This document shows, piece by piece, positions 1-9,810 of a DNA stretch of 32,000 nucleotides. The translations under genes and the position numbers were made by a program. Source of the DNA: Candidatus Thorarchaeota archaeon (lineage in GTDB: Archaea; Asgardarchaeota; Thorarchaeia; Thorarchaeales; Thorarchaeaceae). Where the stretch lies: NCBI GenBank assembly GCA_008080745.1, contig SHMX01000003.1, positions 240,001 through 272,000 on the forward strand, written 5' to 3'. Every line of letters begins with the position of its first letter. Position 1 is the stretch's first letter. The notes under the pieces are model-generated. The model worked only from the letters and a program-made list of their open reading frames with translations. It did no database searches and was not told the DNA's origin.

Positions 1-387
1 TGCACCAACCGCAACAAAATCTATTGGAGGGTTATTTGTGACATCAAGACCTCGCGCTATGAAATCTTCTTGAGCTCCTCCTTCACCAATAACAAAGCAC
101 CGAGCTTCTGGTTGTCTATTAGATATGTAGGCAGCAGCTGCGGCACCTGCACTGAAAGTCTTGTCGAGGTCCACTTTATAACCTGCCTTCGTAACCGCAC
201 TGTGAATTTGCCTTGAGGAAAGTCGACCCACATTTGTAAGAATAGCTGGTGTTTTTCCTAAATCTAAAAGATGATTCCATAGATTTAAAGCATCAGAAAA
301 TGGATTTGGATGATCAACATCCCGAATCATGGTGTTATCCACATCAAATAGCCAGAGAGATTTTTTATCCAATGAATATTCTGACAT
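1..387 (-). CDS. HAD-superfamily class IIA hydrolase (NagD-like), partial; C-terminal part runs off the window start
   Basis: Hand translation from ATG at 387: MSEYSLDKKSLWLFDVDNTMIRD...ILTNVGR...FSAGAAAAAY...FVIGEGG. HAD motif I DxDxT and motif II (LTN) are present. The frame is open to base 1. Not in the ORF track. Confidence 0.85.
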   Translation of the reverse strand, partial: MSEYSLDKKSLWLFDVDNTMIRDVDHPNPFSDALNLWNHLLDLGKTPAILTNVGRLSSRQIHSAVTKAGYKVDLDKTFSAGAAAAAYISNRQPEARCFVIGEGGAQEDFIARGLDVTNNPPIDFVAVGA

Positions 388-422
388 ACTATTGTGGACA
401 ATACTAAGCTTAATGAAATTGT

Positions 423-776
423 CTAGTCACCGTTATTTTCAAGCAGGGGAATAACGCAGATGAATCTGAAGTTTCCGTTCCCTTCAGTATTGTCATATCC
501 GTGGGGAGCTTCAGAGGGGACAAATATCACATCATCTTTCTTAGCGGGTCCTTCAAAATCACCAAGTAATTTTGCTGTGCCTTCTAAAACAAATATTTCG
601 TGTTCTTCAGGATGCGTATGGATAGGAATGATACCACCCGGACCAATATTGAACATTCGCATCGCATAATTCTTGGCCCCTGTTCGACGTCCAACTAACC
701 ATCTAACCGTAACATTTCGAGAACCAGGAAAATTAACTTCTTGTTCTTCGCGTTCTTGATAGTTTATGCAATACAT
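423..776 (-). CDS. Cupin-domain protein
   Basis: Cupin motifs PIHTHPEEHEIFVLEG and FVPSEAPHGYDN. GAGGT SD-like motif 9 nt before the ATG. Confidence 0.9.
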   Translation of the reverse strand: MYCINYQEREEQEVNFPGSRNVTVRWLVGRRTGAKNYAMRMFNIGPGGIIPIHTHPEEHEIFVLEGTAKLLGDFEGPAKKDDVIFVPSEAPHGYDNTEGNGNFRFICVIPLLENNGD

Positions 777-959
777 GATTCTAGAACCTCTCTCTGTAAA
801 CTTATCTCCCGTTCAATTTCGAGTTCTCCGAATATAATAGCTTTAGGATGTGACCGTATTTCGAAAGCCCAACATAGAAAGGTTAATTTTGTAAGACCAG
901 CAATTGTCCATGTTATATCCACAAGGCAATCTAGCCTGCGTGAAAAAAAGGGGATAATA

Positions 960-1481
960 ATGACAGAAGAAGATACCTATCTGCGGGCAAAGCTCACGGA
1001 AATCAAAGGTTCTATCGATAGACTAACAGATTTATTGAATCGAATGATAGAGGTGATTGCAAAAATAACTGAAGTTGAAACAGCTACCTCGGATTTGGCT
1101 TTAGCAGTTGCTGCAAATAGTGAGAAGATTGATGAAGTTTTGAAGAAGATTTCAAGTATATCGATTGCTGCTCCAGCTGGAACTACAGCAGGTGGAACCC
1201 TATCAGACAAACAAGCGGTCTCATCATTACAAGCAGTTCTTGAGAATTTGGAATCACAAATTCGAGAAGGAGTTATTGCCAGCGATCTTGCTGTCAAGAT
1301 TGGTGAAGCAGCCGATGCTATGGAGCAGCGAGGTGGTACAGGTCCACTAATTTTGAAAATGAACAGATGGGGCAGAATCCTCAAGACATATGGTCGAGTT
1401 GATACAATTAGTCCCACTGACCTGAAAAAACTCAGAGACGACCTCAAAGAATGGCAAAAAGAAGTTGCTCAACTTCGATAG
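960..1481 (+). CDS. Hypothetical protein: N-terminal coiled coil, Ala/Gly/Thr linker, C-terminal helical bundle resembling the Vps28 CTD
   Basis: Start reassigned from 741 to ATG 960 (MTEEDTYL) because the 5' extension overlaps the cupin gene and looks non-coding. Heptad pattern in residues ~8-65. The C-terminal W-x3-L-x6-D-I...L..DL pattern matches Vps28 by eye only. Confidence 0.75.
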   Translation: MTEEDTYLRAKLTEIKGSIDRLTDLLNRMIEVIAKITEVETATSDLALAVAANSEKIDEVLKKISSISIAAPAGTTAGGTLSDKQAVSSLQAVLENLESQIREGVIASDLAVKIGEAADAMEQRGGTGPLILKMNRWGRILKTYGRVDTISPTDLKKLRDDLKEWQKEVAQLR

Positions 1482-1497
1482 ATCTATCATGGATATG

Positions 1498-1525
1498 ATC
1501 TCTTGTGATTATTCTCACAAGAGAT
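1498..1525 (+). terminator. Perfect 11-bp inverted repeat after the 960..1481 gene
   Basis: ATCTCTTGTGA-TTATTC-TCACAAGAGAT, starting 17 nt after the stop codon. Confidence 0.55.
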
Positions 1526-1577
1526 TATTTCCACACCTTTAAGTAGCTTTGAGAGATACGAAACATGGCATAGGGAG

Positions 1578-1931
1578 TTGCCTATTGTGACGGCTGAAAC
1601 TAGAGATGAATTTTCTCAAGTTCTTTCTAAGATTGAAAAAATACCTTCCCCACATAAGGAAAATGTCTTGGATATTTGGGAACGTTGGCTAGAGAGTAAA
1701 CCACAACAACCATACTTTGAAGATTGGTTTATCTTTGCACAACAATATGATAATCAACAGGAACTTTTTACAGAAACGCGAGTATACATTAGAATGGTTC
1801 GTAATGCTTTGAAAGATCTAGAAACACCCAAGACGATATATCGAAAGGTGAGAAAAGCGATTGTTTCTATAGCAAGTTTCTTCTTCGTCATTTTTCTTGC
1901 AATCTCACGATTTGCTCGAGCAGGGGATTAA
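1578..1931 (+). CDS. Hypothetical tail-anchored membrane protein
   Basis: 117-aa ORF with TTG start after GGGAG. Soluble helical N-terminus, basic patch RKVRK, then one C-terminal hydrophobic segment (AIVSIASFFFVIFLAI). Confidence 0.7.
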   Translation: MPIVTAETRDEFSQVLSKIEKIPSPHKENVLDIWERWLESKPQQPYFEDWFIFAQQYDNQQELFTETRVYIRMVRNALKDLETPKTIYRKVRKAIVSIASFFFVIFLAISRFARAGD

Positions 1932-1986
1932 AATTACTCGTATTGAACGAGGAGTCATTTTATATTATCCATAACCCTGAATCATC

Positions 1987-3492
1987 TTGTGCTTGAAAAT
2001 GAAAGCCAGTATGACCTCAATACCTGATAGTATGAAAGATGCGCTCCACAGAGCTGCAGATATTGTTCGTAGTAGCAAACATCCACTGGCTATTTCTCAC
2101 ATTGATGCAGATGGAATAACTGCAATGGCAATTGTCGTGTTCCTCTTGGAAAGAACAAATCTTCAACCGATTTGGAAGAACATTCACCAGTTAAATTCTG
2201 AAACTATTTTAGAAGTTAGAGATCTTGTTAGAGAGCATAAACCAGATCTTGTCATCTTTAGTGATTTGGGAACAGGTCAAATTCGTCTAATTCATGAATA
2301 TATTGAACCTGAACCATATGTGAATCATATAATAATCTTAGATCACCATTTACCACCCAATCATTCAGGACTAAGTGAAGGGCCTTTTAAATCAGATAAA
2401 ATCCTTGAGATAAATCCCTCTAATCACGACCTAAGTGGAAGCTATGATGTATCAGGTGCTGGTGTTTCCTTCCTTCTTGCATATACTCTCTCCACAGAAA
2501 ATTCGAACCTCGCTGAGTTAGCTGTTGTTGGAGCTTCTGGAGACCTCCAAGCATATTATGGAAAGGGTTTCGTAGGAGTCAATAAGGAAATTATCCAAAT
2601 AGGAGAAGAAAATGGATTCATTCGGGTAGATAGAGACCTCACTTTCTTTGGGATAAATACAAGACCTTTAGCACAGTTATTGGAATATGCTACGGATCCG
2701 TATCTACCAGGCATTACTGGAGATCGTGATGCATGTTACAGACTTTATGATGAACTGTCAATCCCATTGAAGGATGAAATGGACCGATGGAGAATCTGGA
2801 TGGACCTATCACAAGATGAGAAGAAAAAAATCGTTCAAGCATTGTTCAACCATATTTTACAATTCTATGATCATCCTAAGGTAGCCTCTGGAATTGTAGG
2901 AAACATCATTACACTTCCAAAAAGACCTGAAAGAACAGAGATGAGAAGTGCTAAAGAATTCTCTACATTATTGAATGCATGTGGAAGGAATAGGCGAGCG
3001 GAAGTGGGCGTTAGAATTTGTCTAGGAGATGTTGATGCTCTTAGGGAGGGTATTACACTACTTCAGCAACATCGAGCAAACCTTGCAAGTGCTCTCAGAC
3101 GACTTGAAACAAATGGATATGATGAAACAGAAAGCATGTACATCGTTAACGACCCAGAAACTCCTGATACCATCATAGGAATCATTATTGGAATGGCACA
3201 GGGATCTCGAATCGTTCCCATTGATAAGCCAATAATTGGAGTCAGCACCAATACATCCAATGAAGGACCTCGCGTTAAAATATCAGGAAGAGCAAGGAAA
3301 AGTCTTGTTAAACGGGGTCTCAATTTAAAAGAGGTTTTCTCCACAGCATCGGTTATTGTAAATGAAAGTGCAGAGAAGAAGGTAGCTGAAGCAGGAGGAC
3401 ATCCAATGGCTGCCGGAGCCTTTGTTCATGAAGATTATCTTGATGAATTCTTAGAAATAGTATCAGCAGAGATTAAGAGGACAGTGAAATAA
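1987..3492 (+). CDS. DHH-family phosphoesterase, archaeal RecJ/Cdc45-like, with DHHA1 domain
   Basis: Motifs SHIDADG, FSDLG, ILDHH, GDLQ and C-terminal GGHPMAAG. True start is probably ATG 1999 or 2011. Confidence 0.9.
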   Translation: MCLKMKASMTSIPDSMKDALHRAADIVRSSKHPLAISHIDADGITAMAIVVFLLERTNLQPIWKNIHQLNSETILEVRDLVREHKPDLVIFSDLGTGQIRLIHEYIEPEPYVNHIIILDHHLPPNHSGLSEGPFKSDKILEINPSNHDLSGSYDVSGAGVSFLLAYTLSTENSNLAELAVVGASGDLQAYYGKGFVGVNKEIIQIGEENGFIRVDRDLTFFGINTRPLAQLLEYATDPYLPGITGDRDACYRLYDELSIPLKDEMDRWRIWMDLSQDEKKKIVQALFNHILQFYDHPKVASGIVGNIITLPKRPERTEMRSAKEFSTLLNACGRNRRAEVGVRICLGDVDALREGITLLQQHRANLASALRRLETNGYDETESMYIVNDPETPDTIIGIIIGMAQGSRIVPIDKPIIGVSTNTSNEGPRVKISGRARKSLVKRGLNLKEVFSTASVIVNESAEKKVAEAGGHPMAAGAFVHEDYLDEFLEIVSAEIKRTVK

Positions 3493-3500
3493 AAACGGAT

Positions 3501-3515
3501 GGGGGCATTGCCCCC
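3501..3515. terminator. Short GC-rich hairpin between convergent genes
   Basis: GGGGGC-ATT-GCCCCC in the 34-nt gap between two stop codons. Confidence 0.45.
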
Positions 3516-3526
3516 TATTATTGGAA

Positions 3527-4039
3527 TTAGTATTCTTCAGCAGTTAGTGATGCGCCGATTATTCCAGGGATGAATAGAAGCGCAAAGCTTACACCAAGGT
3601 CAATGACCATATTGCTAGCTAGAGCAGTTAGTTCAGCCTGGGTGAAGGCAGCACCTACTGTTAGAGCAGCATATCCTACAAAGAATAGAGCTAATGCAAT
3701 AATTGATACGAATAACATTCGTACACCACTCTTTGAGAGAAGTCCTGCTATAAATCCTGCTACTCCAAGAGCTGCAATAGGTGCATAGACTCCATTAAGA
3801 GCAAAAGTATAGGGGAAAATCAACTCACCAAATAGTAATGCTCCTTGATATTTTGCAAGATCAACAACATTGGGATCTTGAACTATATTTCCTATTGTGG
3901 TAACGTCAAGAGCAAGAATCTGAAAGATTCCAATAACTATTGCTGTCACTAAACAAACTAAGAGCGCGATTATTGTTCTAAACATTTTTTTCTGCACTTC
4001 CTCACAAAATCGAAGGTAGCTCTTTATTGTAATATCCAA
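3527..4039 (-). CDS. Hypothetical integral membrane protein (~4 TM)
   Basis: Several hydrophobic segments. The start may be the internal Met (MFRTIIALL). Confidence 0.75.
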   Translation of the reverse strand: MDITIKSYLRFCEEVQKKMFRTIIALLVCLVTAIVIGIFQILALDVTTIGNIVQDPNVVDLAKYQGALLFGELIFPYTFALNGVYAPIAALGVAGFIAGLLSKSGVRMLFVSIIALALFFVGYAALTVGAAFTQAELTALASNMVIDLGVSFALLFIPGIIGASLTAEEY

Positions 4040-4100
4040 AAGTACCTTTTATATCTCTTGGCACTGGATAATACAAATTCTGTTATTTTTTTGCACAGTT

Positions 4101-4553
4101 TTACCAATATGTTTGTTGAAGTTCTCTAATATTTTGTTCTGCATTACGTATCAATCCTAAAATGCGAGGAGGAATCTCTTCATGGGGAAGATTTTCCAAT
4201 TCAAACCACTGAACTTCACCATCAGGGAACTCTGGACGAATATCTTCGGTAAGAGCTCTTGCAAGATAGTGATTAAGAAGAAAATGAAATTCTATGTCCC
4301 CTTTGTTATCCTGCATTATTACATCAAAGGTTGCAAAGAAAGCGTGAATTTCCGATTCCACACCAGTTTCTTCAAGAATCTCTCTCTTTAGGGCATCCTT
4401 CTGGGTCTCTCCAACCTCCACACCACCGCCAGGCAAAGTCCAGAGTCCCTTGCTAGGAGGTTTATCTCGCCGAAGGAGAAGTATACCCTTTCTTCCAACG
4501 ACAATACCAGCAACACCAGGAATAGGGAATTCAGGATATCGACGAGAATTCAA
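4101..4553 (-). CDS. NUDIX hydrolase (ADP-ribose pyrophosphatase-like)
   Basis: Complete Nudix box GGGVEVGETQKDALKREILEETG. Confidence 0.92.
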   Translation of the reverse strand: MNSRRYPEFPIPGVAGIVVGRKGILLLRRDKPPSKGLWTLPGGGVEVGETQKDALKREILEETGVESEIHAFFATFDVIMQDNKGDIEFHFLLNHYLARALTEDIRPEFPDGEVQWFELENLPHEEIPPRILGLIRNAEQNIRELQQTYW

Positions 4554-4567
4554 CTTGACAGCACCAG

Positions 4568-5728
4568 TTATACTATAGCAAAACCTTCAGGTAAATGAAC
4601 TGGGTTATGACATCCATTGCAGCGAACAGTTTCAGGAAGTTTAATCACATTTCCTTTATTCTTAGATGGAATACGCATGAATTTATCACATTGATGACAA
4701 TGAACTTTGATGTAATTTCTTAGACGAATCGCAGACCTCCATGCTTCAAGAGACTCTTCATGCATTCCCAATTCATTGTATTCTGTTGCAAGAGCAACCC
4801 AAGGCGCTGCAGCATAACAATCATCTTTGGTTCCAGCTTGTAGAGAATCTAACATCTCATCTACCATATTGAGATGTTTATACACATAATAGAAACCCCG
4901 CCATGCTTGAGTCTGATAGGATATTTCCTTTTCAAACTTATGAAGCGTTTCTTCATATTCTGGTAGGCCAAGCTTGTTTTGTATAACCGCTAGACGTCCA
5001 AGAGTGTGAGTACATGTGGGTTTTAGTTGGTATGACCGCTGAATGTGCTGAAGAGCACTTTCATAATCCTGTTTCTGTATCTCAAGTTCAGCCTTGAGCA
5101 CCCATGTTTTGTAATCAGAAGAAACTAGCTCAACAGCTTTTTCTATGATAGGAGTAGCCTCTGTGTATTTTCCTAGCATAAGAAGAGTATAAGCATAGTT
5201 GATAATCCCCATTGAGGAATCGGGTTGAAGTTTGTGAATATATTCCCACTCAGCTGCAGCTGCAGTGCGATCACCTAATCGATTGAATGCCATAGCATTT
5301 AGGGCTCTTAGAGAAATGGTATCGGGAAAATAGACAGTCGCATCCTCTATGGTTTCAACAGTTTCCGCATATTTTCCACGAGCATAGAGCACTCCTGCCA
5401 AGTCTTCCCACGCCTCTGGTTGAAGAGAATCTAGTTTTATTGCTTTTAGCAGGCTACGTTCAGCTTCATCAAGCTTCTGAAGTGATTTCTGCGCGCGTCC
5501 CAAAAACAAATACAATACACAGTGATCCTCCACAAGATCTTTGGCCTTTTCTAATATATCAAGAGCATCTTGTGGTTGTTCGTTTTGAACGTAAGCAATA
5601 CCCAAATACATTAGAATATCGGGATCTTCGGCATTCACCTCGACTAGCTCCTCTAGAATAGATACCGCTTCTTCGAAACGCCCATTTTCTAGGGCATCTA
5701 CAGCAATCGCCAGTCTTTGCATTGTCAA
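4568..5728 (-). CDS. TPR-repeat protein with C-terminal zinc ribbon
   Basis: Multiple TPR-like repeats (e.g. AVSILEELVEVNAEDPDILMYLGIAYVQ). C-terminal CHQC...CNGC pair. Confidence 0.85.
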   Translation of the reverse strand: MTMQRLAIAVDALENGRFEEAVSILEELVEVNAEDPDILMYLGIAYVQNEQPQDALDILEKAKDLVEDHCVLYLFLGRAQKSLQKLDEAERSLLKAIKLDSLQPEAWEDLAGVLYARGKYAETVETIEDATVYFPDTISLRALNAMAFNRLGDRTAAAAEWEYIHKLQPDSSMGIINYAYTLLMLGKYTEATPIIEKAVELVSSDYKTWVLKAELEIQKQDYESALQHIQRSYQLKPTCTHTLGRLAVIQNKLGLPEYEETLHKFEKEISYQTQAWRGFYYVYKHLNMVDEMLDSLQAGTKDDCYAAAPWVALATEYNELGMHEESLEAWRSAIRLRNYIKVHCHQCDKFMRIPSKNKGNVIKLPETVRCNGCHNPVHLPEGFAIV

Positions 5729-5817
5729 ATTATATGTCTCCTCGATTCCAGCTGCAGTAATTCATTAGTCAATGCTTCATGCGAAGGTCCACATTTTTGT
5801 TATAAGTACCATACGAT

Positions 5818-6675
5818 ATGGCAAAAGTGATGAATTTGATAAAATATGCTACGCCCTTCTCAATTTTACATGCAGTAAGCTTACTAGCTCATCGATCAAG
5901 AATCGAGAAATTCAAGCAAGCATTAGAACAAGTCATCACTCCAGATACTTATTGTATTGACATAGGAACGGGGACAGGAATCTTAGCTATATTGGCAGCC
6001 AAAATAGGAGCTAAGAAGGTCACTGCTATAGACATCAATCCCGAGTCGATAGAATATGCTAAGAAAAGTGCAGAGCTGAATAATGTTGGTAGAAAAATCG
6101 AATTTGTTAGAACACATTTCAAGGATTTCATTCCTCCAGACCGAGCAGATGTTGTTACATGTGAGATGCTCTCTTCAATGCTGTTCATCGAGCAACAGAT
6201 TCCGGCCAGTTATGAGATAGTTCAGAAGATGATGAAACCAGGAGGAATATTGGTACCGTCCAGAGCAACCGTATTTCTGGTACCAGTTGAGAGTGAATTT
6301 CAATGGAATAGATTCACGTATGGTAATCTATCATTTCCAAAAGTACCTCAGACTACTAGCAAGCGGGTAATTAGAGACCTAGCCCCCCTCCAAATATTGG
6401 AGGAATTTGATTTTTACCAAATCAAAGAGTATCAAAAAGTAGAAAGAAAACTAGAATTCAAAATAGACGAAACAGGATCAGTTCATGGCCTTGTGGGTAT
6501 GTTTGAAGCGGAATTGCTACCCAAAATAAAACTTACAATGGATGATGGATGGAGAGAGCTATTTCTTCCCCTCGAAAATAATATTGAAGTGAAGGAGGGG
6601 GATATTATTCAGATCGATATATCCTATATTCCAGGTGAGTTTGATTCGCTCCAAATAAGTTCAAGAATCAAGTAG
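5818..6675 (+). CDS. SAM-dependent methyltransferase with protein-arginine-methyltransferase (PRMT)-like architecture
   Basis: Motif [11 protein letters not shown], post-I VTAID, double-E-like loop [10 protein letters not shown], motif MKPGGILVP, and a beta-barrel-like C-terminus (VHGLVGMF...GW...VKEGD). Confidence 0.8.
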   Translation: MAKVMNLIKYATPFSILHAVSLLAHRSRIEKFKQALEQVITPDTYCIDIGTGTGILAILAAKIGAKKVTAIDINPESIEYAKKSAELNNVGRKIEFVRTHFKDFIPPDRADVVTCEMLSSMLFIEQQIPASYEIVQKMMKPGGILVPSRATVFLVPVESEFQWNRFTYGNLSFPKVPQTTSKRVIRDLAPLQILEEFDFYQIKEYQKVERKLEFKIDETGSVHGLVGMFEAELLPKIKLTMDDGWRELFLPLENNIEVKEGDIIQIDISYIPGEFDSLQISSRIK

Positions 6676-7194
6676 CATCAACTTGAAATCTTTCTTAACC
6701 TTTGATACTTTTGGATCAATGACAAATCTGCAGTAGCTCTGATTGGGATTCTTTTTGTAATAGTCTTGGTGATAGTCCTCCGCAGGATAGAATTTTTTGA
6801 GTGGCGCGACCTCAGTCACGATGGGGTTAGCAAAATTCTTACGACTGTTTAATGCTTCAATCATATCTTCTGCAATTTTCTTCTGGTCTTCATCTTGATA
6901 CAGAATTATTGAGCGGTATTGCCTACCCACATCATTCCCTTGACGATTCAATGTAGTAGGATCATGTGTAGCAAAAAAGACTTCAAGGATTTTACTGAAG
7001 GAGATAACTTCAGGATCATAGGTTATTTGGACAACCTCTGCATGATTAGTCAATCCTCTGGAAACTTGCTGATAAGTAGGATTTTCAACCTCGCCACCAG
7101 CATATCCAGAAACGACAGACTTGACACCTTTCAATTGTTGATAGACTGCTTCAACACACCAAAAGCAGCCTCCTCCAAGCGTTGCGGTTTTCAT
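6661..7194 (-). CDS. msrA: Peptide-methionine (S)-S-oxide reductase
   Basis: GGGCFWC active-site motif, [25 protein letters not shown]. Confidence 0.97.
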   Translation of the reverse strand: MKTATLGGGCFWCVEAVYQQLKGVKSVVSGYAGGEVENPTYQQVSRGLTNHAEVVQITYDPEVISFSKILEVFFATHDPTTLNRQGNDVGRQYRSIILYQDEDQKKIAEDMIEALNSRKNFANPIVTEVAPLKKFYPAEDYHQDYYKKNPNQSYCRFVIDPKVSKVKKDFKLMLLDS

Positions 7195-7310
7195 AATTGA
7201 CTTTTCGTACTAGTACTAATCAACTGTTGGTTACAGGAAAATGTGTTTTTTTCGAGCTGGGGACACACTTTTAACGAAAAGTTTAGGCCGAAGAACATGG
7301 TGAAATCCCT

Positions 7311-7976
7311 ATGGAACTTAAGGGACCTCTCTGTTACGTACTGGATTACGATGATATTGCTAATTATGCCTATCAAACAGCCAAGAAAATCAAAGATTCT
7401 GAGTGGCGTCCAGATGCTATCGTAGGAATCGCTCGTGGAGGTTGGGTTCATGCAAGAATTCAATGCGACCTACTTGGTGTGAAGGAATTATTTAGCGTTA
7501 AAGTATCTCACTGGGGTGTTACAGCAACAAAAGATGGTAAGGCAAAGCTCACCTGCCCTCTTGTTGGTGATATCGAAGGAAAGAAAGTATTGGTAGTGGA
7601 TGACATTACTGATACTGGTGAGAGCCTTACCATGGCTGTTGAGCATATTGAAGAAACCGGAAAGCCAAAAGAGGTACGCACTGCAACTCTAATGCATATC
7701 GCAGGTTCCAAGTTCGTACCAGACTATTATGGTGTTGAAGTGACATGGGCTTGGGAGATATGGCCCTGGAATTTCTATGAAGATCTTACAGCTCTTATTA
7801 TGAAGATCTTTGAGGGAGAAGATATCAAGGAATTAACAACACCACAGTTGAAGAAGCATTTGAGAGAATACAACAATATCGTACTCTCAGATGAACAGCT
7901 CTCAAAAGTCAAGGCACATATGGGATATCTTGAGAAGATTGAATATCCTCAGGATAAAGTTTGGAAACTAAAATAA
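7311..7976 (+). CDS. Type I phosphoribosyltransferase (archaeal purine-salvage Gpt/Hpt-like)
   Basis: GIARGG, PRPP-binding loop VLVVDDITDTGES, and C-terminal W-x2-W-P-W-like motif. Confidence 0.9.
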   Translation: MELKGPLCYVLDYDDIANYAYQTAKKIKDSEWRPDAIVGIARGGWVHARIQCDLLGVKELFSVKVSHWGVTATKDGKAKLTCPLVGDIEGKKVLVVDDITDTGESLTMAVEHIEETGKPKEVRTATLMHIAGSKFVPDYYGVEVTWAWEIWPWNFYEDLTALIMKIFEGEDIKELTTPQLKKHLREYNNIVLSDEQLSKVKAHMGYLEKIEYPQDKVWKLK

Positions 7977-7982
7977 TGCCTT

Positions 7983-8011
7983 ATTACTCTGGATTTTTCG
8001 TCCGGAGTAAT
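7983..8011 (+). terminator. Hairpin followed by T-rich tract after the PRTase gene
   Basis: ATTACTCTGGA/TCCGGAGTAAT forms 11 bp with one G-U pair on the + strand, followed by CAACTTTCTTTTCCTCTTTT. Confidence 0.6.
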
Positions 8012-8100
8012 CAACTTTCTTTTCCTCTTTTGAGTCAGTATCTATAAATGGAAGATAATCAGAGATTGATATAGTTTAGAGCCATAAGAGTTGAATTAAG

Positions 8101-8961
8101 ATGGCATTCGAAGCAAAACTTAATCTTGTGCCAATTGATAGAGCACAAAAAGAATATATCGAGAGCCTCCTTCCAATTGAGATTGGTATGTTTGGAGGAA
8201 GCGGAAATTATGATCCAACAGTTATTGAAGATCCTGCAGAGGTGAAAGTCTTTACCCCCTACGGAGCAACTTCAGACCACTTCATTTTAGGAAAGGCAAA
8301 AGGCAGAAGTTTTGTATTTCTTGCACGTCATGCAAGGGGTCATACTATTCTCCCACACCAAATCAACTACCAAGCAAATATTTGGGGAATGAAAGCTCTA
8401 GGAGTTAAGAGGATTATCAGTCCAGCAGCTTGTGGTAGCTTACAGCCAGAACGTATCAAATTAGGCGAATTTGTGATTGCGGATCAAATTTTCGACAGAA
8501 CATTTGGTCAACGCAAAGATACATTCTTTGAGGGAGGGCCCGTAGGTCATCTGCCATTTGCAGAGCCCTTCTGTTCTGAACTCAGGAAAGTTGCAAAAGC
8601 GACAGCAGATTCACTTGAGTACAAGGTTCATGAAAAAGGAACTTACGTGTGTATCAACGGTCCGCGATTTTCCACACGAGCAGAATCAATGTTCTTCCAC
8701 AATCAAGGATGGGATGTCATTGGTATGACTGCATATCCTGAAGCAGCTTTAGCTCGTGAGGCGGGTATATGCTTTGTTAATATTTCAATGCCTACAGACT
8801 ATGATGTCCATGCAGAAGAGCATGTCACACATGAGATGGTTCTCAAGACAATGTCAAAGAATGTTGAGAGAGTACGCAAGCTGACTTTTGCAATGATTGA
8901 TAATATTCCCAAAGATGCAGGCTGTGATTGTCAGACTGCTATGATAAATGGCCTTTTTTAA
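8101..8961 (+). CDS. mtnP: S-methyl-5'-thioadenosine phosphorylase (PNP/MTAP family)
   Basis: GGSG, TPYG, LARH, ANIWGMKALG, GPRFSTRAES, DVIGMT, EAALARE, TDYD. Confidence 0.9.
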   Translation: MAFEAKLNLVPIDRAQKEYIESLLPIEIGMFGGSGNYDPTVIEDPAEVKVFTPYGATSDHFILGKAKGRSFVFLARHARGHTILPHQINYQANIWGMKALGVKRIISPAACGSLQPERIKLGEFVIADQIFDRTFGQRKDTFFEGGPVGHLPFAEPFCSELRKVAKATADSLEYKVHEKGTYVCINGPRFSTRAESMFFHNQGWDVIGMTAYPEAALAREAGICFVNISMPTDYDVHAEEHVTHEMVLKTMSKNVERVRKLTFAMIDNIPKDAGCDCQTAMINGLF

Positions 8962-8972
8962 TGATAGTAACT

Positions 8973-8997
8973 AAGGAGTCCATTCAATGGACTCCTT
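8973..8997. terminator. Perfect 12-bp inverted repeat between convergent genes
   Basis: AAGGAGTCCATT-C-AATGGACTCCTT between the MTAP and FNR-like stop codons. Confidence 0.6.
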
Positions 8998-9013
8998 TTC
9001 ACATTTTCAACGC

Positions 9014-9733
9014 TTAGTGAATATCCATCCAGACAAATTTCTCAAGGACAATTTTATCATCAGAAAAACCAAGTTCCTCTGCAGCTGACTTCATGGCCTT
9101 CAAGAACCCAGGAGGCCCACAAATATACACAGTTCGATCTTTGTCTTTGAGGTGTTTTTGAAGTAAATCTTTGTCAATCCGACCGTACTCATATCCTGAT
9201 TGTTTCTCTTGTGTTAATGCAAGTACAAGGTCATCACCAAAGGTTTCTCGAAGTTCTTTCTCCAATATAATGTCTTTTTTCATTTTATTCGAGAAAATCA
9301 GAAGGTTGTCCTCTATTCGTTCATGCTTTCGTAAATGTCTGAATATTGCAATGAAGGGGGTAATTCCGGCCCCACCAGCTATAAAATATCCAGGTTCGTT
9401 ATATGTAAGGCTGCCAAAGGGGTTTCTGATAGTAATATTATCTCCAGCTTGCAAATCATGTAATCGAGTAGTAACTCCATCATGTGAAGGATAGCCCTTG
9501 ATGGTAAATTCTAACACTTCATCCTCATTTAGAGATGTAAAAGTAAAGGGTCGTAGCTCATCGTCCCAATCATCGCGTTCCAATGAAACCAAGTTTGCTT
9601 GGCCTGGGATAAATGAGTAACCTTTTGGCTTTTCCACAATAAATCGCTTTACATCATGAGTGACAAATTCAGTCATGAGCACCTTCACCTTCTGAGGGTT
9701 GCTCTCAGTCGGTATTTCTTTTACGTCTGTCAT
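9014..9733 (-). CDS. FAD/NAD(P)-binding oxidoreductase (ferredoxin/flavodoxin reductase-like)
   Basis: RPFTFTS flavin-binding motif, FIAGGAGITPF, YICGPPGF. Confidence 0.9.
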   Translation of the reverse strand: MTDVKEIPTESNPQKVKVLMTEFVTHDVKRFIVEKPKGYSFIPGQANLVSLERDDWDDELRPFTFTSLNEDEVLEFTIKGYPSHDGVTTRLHDLQAGDNITIRNPFGSLTYNEPGYFIAGGAGITPFIAIFRHLRKHERIEDNLLIFSNKMKKDIILEKELRETFGDDLVLALTQEKQSGYEYGRIDKDLLQKHLKDKDRTVYICGPPGFLKAMKSAAEELGFSDDKIVLEKFVWMDIH

Positions 9734-9810
9734 CCTATTCCTCTTCTTCTTAACCTATAATTAACTATGATTAAGACACTATTTACCTCTTGCGAAATAG
9801 CAAAATTAGA

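Noticed and set aside
215-225. GAGGAAAGTC, similar to the RNase P RNA P4 signature
   Set aside because: It lies antisense within the HAD coding frame, ends in G rather than C, and no other RNase P elements follow.
741-959. N-terminal extension of the 741..1481 ORF
   Set aside because: It overlaps the divergent cupin start and promoter region and has non-protein-like composition.
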